From assembly GCA_051117555.1 (NCBI GenBank), contig JBNPEG010000098.1:5771-39613 (forward strand): a stretch of DNA of 33,843 nucleotides, written 5' to 3'. This document shows, piece after piece, positions 28,924 through 33,843 of this stretch. The stretch is from Elainellaceae cyanobacterium. GTDB lineage: Bacteria > Cyanobacteriota > Cyanobacteriia > CAZCXK01. A program made the translations under genes and the position numbers. Within the stretch, counting starts at the first letter, position 1; every line of letters starts with the position of its first letter. The notes beneath the pieces were generated by a model. It had not been told where the DNA came from and ran no database searches. It saw nothing but the letters and a program-made list of their open reading frames with translations.

Positions 28924-28985
28924 TCGGATTGGTTAAATGAATCAATCGTGGGGTTCAAAGCTCGAAGTTTAATGCTTGAAGTTTG

Positions 28986-29026
28986 ATGCATAAAAAAGGT
29001 GGCGCCGTCCACCTTTTTTCATGCAT
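28986..29026. terminator. Bidirectional intrinsic terminator between tkt and tRNA-Ser
   Basis: ATGCAT-AAAAAAGGTGG-CGCCGT-CCACCTTTTTT-CATGCAT. Confidence 0.85.
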
Positions 29027-29085
29027 TCACTGTGAGTCCAGCAGTTACGACGATCTGCTAGAGCGTTTTATTGTCAAATTTGAAA

Positions 29086-29172
29086 CGGAGAGGGGGGGAT
29101 TCGAACCCCCGATGAGTTTGACCCCATAACGGATTTCGAGTCCGCCGCATTCAACCGCTCTGCCACCTCTCC
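29086..29172 (-). tRNA. tRNA-Ser(CGA), CCA not encoded
   Basis: Minus strand GGAGAGGTGGCAGAGCGGTTGAATGCGGCGGACTCGAAATCCGT...GGTTCGAATCCCCCCCTCTCCG. Anticodon CGA at 29138-29136, long variable arm, discriminator G. Confidence 0.96.
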
Positions 29173-29295
29173 AAGATTGCGCTGCAGTTTACAAATTGGG
29201 ATACCTCAGTCATTTTACAGAGACAGACGCCTCTTTGTCAGCGAAGCGACAAGATATCTCTGTAAGAGTAGATTGCAGCCCCACATTCTATTGGC

Positions 29296-31569
29296 TCAAA
29301 AATCTGTTAGAGCCGTATCTTTTTTGAGGCTGCCCGTTGAAAATCCCTCTCGTGGACTCCAATGGATTGCTCCATCGTCTCCAACGACGTAGGTCTTAAT
29401 ATTTCGGCTGGCTAGCAATTCTCGCGTTTGAGCATCGAGGTCAATCGCTGAGGCGATCGCCACCTGAGGATTGATTGCATTGAGCACTTCTGGACTGATG
29501 GGTTCTCCCGTCCACCACAATACTTGAGCGTGTTGAAACGGCAAATAGGCAGGAATTTCCTGGCAACGCGGATCATGGCAGTCGATTAGTAGCCAATGCT
29601 GATCATGCATATGAAAATCCAACATAGCAGGATTATCATTAAACGCTTCTATAGACACACTGTTTATCTGAATGAATTCTCGGAGATGAAGCCGTTTCAT
29701 GGGGGCAGATGACACACGAGAGAGTTGCTGCCAGCTCAAATCAATGGCCGGATCGGGTTGGGAATGGGTGGCGATCGCCCAATCAATTCGATTAATGCCA
29801 TTCGTCCTCAAAAATGGCATCACCGTGAAGGATACATCCGTCTCTTTGCCTGTATTAATCAGTGCTGTCTGACCATGGTCTTGAATCACCATCACAGGAA
29901 TACCAGAGGTGGCGAGAATCACAGCATTCAGTTGAGCATGAGTCATCCATGCAGGCACTATCACAAGACCCAGAGCAGTCAATCCTGCAATCCACCATTG
30001 ACGCTGCCGCCGATATGACACGACCCATCCAAACAGACCATAGATCAAAACCACTGACCAAGCTGGAATCGTGCCTATTGCATGGGCGCTTCCGGGCAAT
30101 TCGCTCGCAAACTTTGCGAGCTGAATGAGTCCACTCGTCGGATAAAACAATGTCCATGCTGACAGACTGCCAAGGGGTGGATATATCAAAGCACCCAAGG
30201 CACTGATGATGCTCCCGAAGCTAATCAGAGTAATCAGCGGCGTCGCTAACACATTAATCAAAATGCTGTAAGGTGAGATGACTCCGAATACGTGAGTTTG
30301 CAGGGGTAATGTCCAAATATAAGCAGCTAATGGGACGGCGATTGCAGAGGCGATCGCTGGAGGCACCCAATCCAGTCTCTTAGTCAACGGTTGAACGGTT
30401 ATCAACAAACCAAGCGTTGCCAGAAAACTAAACTGAAATCCTAAATCCCAGATCCAGTGTGGATTCACCACTAATAGAAGTGTTCCTGCGACTAAGAGCA
30501 ATCCCAATGGTTTAACCTTTCGGTCCATCGTTAAAGCCATTAACGCAGCAATACCCATAATGCTTGCTCTCAAAACAGAGGGTTGCACTCCGGTCAAGCC
30601 GACATAGCCAATGATGACACCCGTACCAATCCAAAATTGCCACGTTTTTGAGAACCGCCGGGTCAACACAATCACAGCACTGACCAACATAGAAACCTGA
30701 AAGCCGGATGCAGCTAGCGCGTGGGCTAGTCCAGCTTGAGTAAACTGATCTTTGAGGTCATACGGCAAATCAGCTCCGTTCTTGCCGATTGCCATCGCGG
30801 TCACCAGCAATCCCTCCGGTTCACCCAAGCGTTCAACCTGTGCGTTAAGAATTCGCTGCTGTAATAGCCAAGAACTATGCTGAATTCGACTTCGTATCGG
30901 AAATGGAGGAACACTGGAGCTCATTCCACTGACCTTTCCACTGAGTCCTGCAAAGATACCCTGCTGCTTTAAATATGCCTGAAAGTCAAATGCACCAGGA
31001 TTAACAGCAGGCTCAGGATGATAAAGTCTTCCGGCAACGGTAAGGGGCTTTCCTGGATAAAGCTCATTGTCTTCAACCCGGTCACTTGGTATCGTGACGT
31101 AGAGTCTTCCCGTAACATGTTGAAACTCAGTATCTAATTCTTGCTTAGACCAGTGTCGCGCTTCCGTTGTTCTTAGTACAAACTGAATTCGTTCACTGCG
31201 CGTTAACCGAGGTGAACTATCAATTTGTCCACGAACTTCAAACTGATCTAACGACTCGGAACGGTTAGCGACATCCGTTGGTATAGATGAAGTGCCAAGC
31301 TGATGGCTAATATCCGTCTCAGATGCTTCAGGAACCCGAATTGAAAAATGAAATAGTGCGAATAAACAAATTAGTCCGGCAACCAGCCAAATTTTAGATT
31401 TAGGACCTGTCCGCCATACTTTTGGCATGCAAATCATCGCGATGCTACCCACAACAAAAATAGCGATCGCCCCCGTTGGAATACCTCCTAGCTCTCCAGG
31501 AATGCCTGTTAAAAGTAACCCTACAACATATGCTAAACAGAGTAAGTATCCGGTAATTGACCCCATCAT
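29296..31569 (-). CDS. comEC: ComEC/Rec2 competence DNA-uptake channel
   Basis: N-terminal TMs and OB-like region, NPGAFDFQAYL, GLAHALAASGFQV, SVLRASIM, DLGFQFSFLAT; degenerate C-terminal lactamase-like region. Confidence 0.93.
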   Translation of the reverse strand: MMGSITGYLLCLAYVVGLLLTGIPGELGGIPTGAIAIFVVGSIAMICMPKVWRTGPKSKIWLVAGLICLFALFHFSIRVPEASETDISHQLGTSSIPTDVANRSESLDQFEVRGQIDSSPRLTRSERIQFVLRTTEARHWSKQELDTEFQHVTGRLYVTIPSDRVEDNELYPGKPLTVAGRLYHPEPAVNPGAFDFQAYLKQQGIFAGLSGKVSGMSSSVPPFPIRSRIQHSSWLLQQRILNAQVERLGEPEGLLVTAMAIGKNGADLPYDLKDQFTQAGLAHALAASGFQVSMLVSAVIVLTRRFSKTWQFWIGTGVIIGYVGLTGVQPSVLRASIMGIAALMALTMDRKVKPLGLLLVAGTLLLVVNPHWIWDLGFQFSFLATLGLLITVQPLTKRLDWVPPAIASAIAVPLAAYIWTLPLQTHVFGVISPYSILINVLATPLITLISFGSIISALGALIYPPLGSLSAWTLFYPTSGLIQLAKFASELPGSAHAIGTIPAWSVVLIYGLFGWVVSYRRQRQWWIAGLTALGLVIVPAWMTHAQLNAVILATSGIPVMVIQDHGQTALINTGKETDVSFTVMPFLRTNGINRIDWAIATHSQPDPAIDLSWQQLSRVSSAPMKRLHLREFIQINSVSIEAFNDNPAMLDFHMHDQHWLLIDCHDPRCQEIPAYLPFQHAQVLWWTGEPISPEVLNAINPQVAIASAIDLDAQTRELLASRNIKTYVVGDDGAIHWSPREGFSTGSLKKDTALTDF

Positions 31570-31588
31570 TGACCCTCCTCAAAAATGC

Positions 31589-31624
31589 CGAGGCGCTCTA
31601 TCAGAAATTTGATAGAACGCCTCG
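31589..31624. terminator. Hairpin between the DUF4079 gene and comEC
   Basis: CGAGGCGCTCTATCA / TGATAGAACGCCTCG, followed on the minus strand by GCATTTTT. Confidence 0.5.
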
Positions 31625-31652
31625 TTTCAACATTCCCGAAAATGGACAACTG

Positions 31653-32135
31653 CTAAATTGCCAACCCTAATTTAAATCCCAATACAGCGTGAAGGAACAT
31701 CACACAAAGAGCCGTGCCGCCTAAATAAGCATGGATAGTGCGAAATGCTGACTTTCCTTTTCCAAACCCTGTAGCAGCGATCGCAGCATTAACTCCTAAC
31801 AGAAGAATAACTAGTGAACCCGTCCAGAAATGAGGACTATCAAAGACAGGTTGCTTCTGCATGATCAGGGATAACACACCACCCGTATAGCCCAGCACAA
31901 TAAACAAAAACATCAGCGGAGCCATTTTCCGATGCCCTGCTAAGCTCTTAGCTGATTCAGTTTTATCACTGACCTCCCGACCTCTCCATCCCGTGAGTCC
32001 AACAAAACTTCCCATCACAAACACGACGACTCCCATCATGGCAGGATGTCCCCAATGCACAATTGGCTCAGGAACTCCTAGACTGCGAAACCAGTTTGCA
32101 ATAGGCTCTAGAAACTCAATTAAGTATTCCGACAT
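31653..32135 (-). CDS. DUF4079 family membrane protein
   Basis: HWGHPAMMG..H..SPHFWTG..HAYLG..HAVLG His pattern in 4 TMs. Confidence 0.8.
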   Translation of the reverse strand: MSEYLIEFLEPIANWFRSLGVPEPIVHWGHPAMMGVVVFVMGSFVGLTGWRGREVSDKTESAKSLAGHRKMAPLMFLFIVLGYTGGVLSLIMQKQPVFDSPHFWTGSLVILLLGVNAAIAATGFGKGKSAFRTIHAYLGGTALCVMFLHAVLGFKLGLAI

Positions 32136-32251
32136 TCCGCTCTTCTCCTCGCGCCCGCATCGGCTTATTAAGAATTATTGAGAACATTTTACGCCATCCA
32201 ACTTGACGAAGCAGTTCTTCTGGCGACATCGGTTTATCTGGATGCCTAAGT

Positions 32252-32515
32252 AGAGGATGCTTTGAGGGAGGCCGGCGGTTATAGACGCTTGCGGCTTCTC
32301 GAAGAGTAAACCGCAACTATACAAACAAAGTCTGCGGCGGCGGACTCCAGCAAAACCAACGGTTTTGAAACCTTCGGAGGCAGGTTTTGTCCGTATAGCC
32401 CACGTTCCGCAAGCGACATGTAACGCGTTCGCGTAGCGTTCCGAAGGAAAGCGTCTCTGTCAAGAGAACTTTAGTTGCTAAGGCAACAAAAAATAGGACT
32501 TTTAAAGCATCCTCT
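32252..32515. mobile_element. MITE-like element with a 12-bp perfect terminal IR containing small palindromic repeats
   Basis: AGAGGATGCTTT (32252-63) / AAAGCATCCTCT (32504-15). Internal TAGACGCTTGCGGCTTCTCGAAGAGTA (32282-308) and CGCGTTCGCGTAGCGTTCCGAAGGAAAGCGTCTC (32424-57). Confidence 0.55.
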
Positions 32516-32527
32516 TAGCTTTTTCTC

Positions 32528-33454
32528 TCAATAGCCTTGTTGTATCTCACGGTTTTGCTGCGCAGCATCAACTTCGCTAGGGCTTAGTAAAGGAAATCCC
32601 ATCGATTCGCGTTGCTTAAAATACAGTTGAGCAATATTTCGAGCTAAGTTCCTCACGCGGGCAATATATCGAGTTCTCTCTGTGACTGAGATGACACCTC
32701 TCGCTTCTAAGAGATTGAAGGTGTGAGAGCATTTCAAGACATGCTCATACGCAGGTAAAACCAACCCCAAATTCATGAGCCTGTCAGCTTCTTGCTCGTA
32801 AATATTGAAGAGTGTGAATAACGTATCGGGATCAGACGCCTCGAAGTTATATGTCGAATTTTCAATCTCCGCCTGAAGATAAACATCTCCATAGCTCAGT
32901 CGATCATTCCAGCGGATGTCGAAAATTGAGTTCACTTCCTGCAAATACATAGTGAGTCTTTCTAGACCATATGTAATTTCAATAGAAACAGGGCGACAAT
33001 CTAATCCTCCACACTGCTGAAAATAAGTAAATTGCGTCACTTCCATGCCATCAAGCCAAACCTCCCATCCGACTCCCCATGCGCCTACAGCAGCGTCTTC
33101 CCAATTATCCTCTACAAATCGGATATCGTGATCTTCTGGCTTGATTCCGAGCGCCTTTAGAGAATCTAAGTAAAGATCCTGAATATTTCCGGGAGATGGC
33201 TTGATAAGCACCTGATATTGATAGTAATGCTGAACCCGATTTGGATTCTCGCCATATCGTCCATCCGACGGACGACGGCAGGGCTCAACATAAGCAACTG
33301 ACCATGGTTCTGGCCCGATTGCTCTCAGAAATGTATGAGGGCTCTTAGTGCCCGCTCCTTTCTCAGTATCGTAGGGTTGAACAATGACACAGCCGCGATC
33401 GCCCCAAAATTGATTCAAAACCGAAATTACAGACTGAAAAGTGGTAGAACTCAC
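32528..33454 (-). CDS. glyQ: Glycyl-tRNA synthetase alpha subunit
   Basis: [53 protein letters not shown]. Probable GTG start at 33454; the ORF is open to 33490. Confidence 0.98.
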   Translation of the reverse strand: MSSTTFQSVISVLNQFWGDRGCVIVQPYDTEKGAGTKSPHTFLRAIGPEPWSVAYVEPCRRPSDGRYGENPNRVQHYYQYQVLIKPSPGNIQDLYLDSLKALGIKPEDHDIRFVEDNWEDAAVGAWGVGWEVWLDGMEVTQFTYFQQCGGLDCRPVSIEITYGLERLTMYLQEVNSIFDIRWNDRLSYGDVYLQAEIENSTYNFEASDPDTLFTLFNIYEQEADRLMNLGLVLPAYEHVLKCSHTFNLLEARGVISVTERTRYIARVRNLARNIAQLYFKQRESMGFPLLSPSEVDAAQQNREIQQGY

Positions 33455-33717
33455 GTCACCAAACTCCAACGGGCTTATCTCTCTACCCATTGTGAGTCAT
33501 CAGACATCACTTGAATACACCAGAGAGAGTCTACATTGGCCAACAAAATTTCAAAATCACACACCAAACTGACGCGCGATCCTTTGACTGATTGTTAGCC
33601 ACGACAGTCTATGTAGACTCGCTACAGCGATCGCCCCTTTCCTCAAACGCTTAAATCTAGTCCCTTTACCAAGTGGAACGTCTAATCGACTAATCTATCT
33701 AATCTATTAAGTTTTAG

Positions 33718-33843
33718 GTAATTGCTCAACTCAGTAGCCAATCGGTCTGCTGTGAGGTAAGAGCACGGGAAATGGCATCAAAGGCAGAAATGCCCTGACG
33801 CTGTGCAGTATTGACGAGCGAACGCACCTGCGCGAATAACTCT
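33718..33843 (-). mobile_element. Right end of an IS66-family insertion sequence with partial transposase C-terminus (33726-33842)
   Basis: Manual translation gives ELFAQVRSLVNTAQRQGISAFDAISRALTSQQTDWLLS*, resembling IS66 TnpC C-termini. The stop codon overlaps GTAATTGCTCA, a GTAA-type IS66 terminal IR. Confidence 0.75.

Larger units (their letters stand above)
491..33634. repeat. Dispersed HIP1 octamer GCGATCGC (often extended to GGCGATCGCC)
   Basis: About 40 copies counted by eye (e.g. 491, 972, 4371, 11831, 15703, 15781, 21673, 26221, 33627) against about 0.5 expected for a random 8-mer in 34 kb. Confidence 0.95.

Noticed and set aside
29040..29172. tRNA-Ser as a genomic-island attachment site
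   Set aside because: No integrase and no duplicated tRNA 3' end seen; the flanks are core genes.
860..32316. Numerous short overlapping or antisense ORFs in the track
   Set aside because: Shadow frames of well-supported genes with no independent support.

Overview
Cyanobacterial chromosomal window: about 40 HIP1 GCGATCGC octamers counted by eye, plus cyanobacteria-typical gene order. It is mostly housekeeping genes. In order: a porin 3' end, radA divergent from rpaB-plsX-fabH-fabD-plsC, an AI-2E permease, a GFA protein, a TVP38/DedA plus MerA-like flavin disulfide reductase pair, a DUF4149-like protein, a PAS-GGDEF-EAL protein, DUF2811, a GNAT, a diheme cytochrome c, secA, a small Cys-rich protein, a prohibitin, a NarL-type regulator, acpP-fabF-tkt, tRNA-Ser(CGA), comEC, DUF4079, glyQ, and the right end of an IS66-family element. 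The most striking unexplained feature is a same-orientation array of TTTTCCACA DnaA-box-like 9-mers with ~11-bp period (14547-14678), plus an inverted pair (14878-14898). No dnaA or dnaN is in the window, and the array lies directly upstream of a small DUF2811 protein with a ribbon-helix-helix-like sequence pattern. Downstream are two long predicted RNA hairpins (15509-15670 and 15692-15798). Many intergenic gaps carry small inverted-repeat-bounded elements that often enclose GTAG-REP hairpins, and there are many short tandem duplications. All family calls are from motif recognition by eye; no database search was run.
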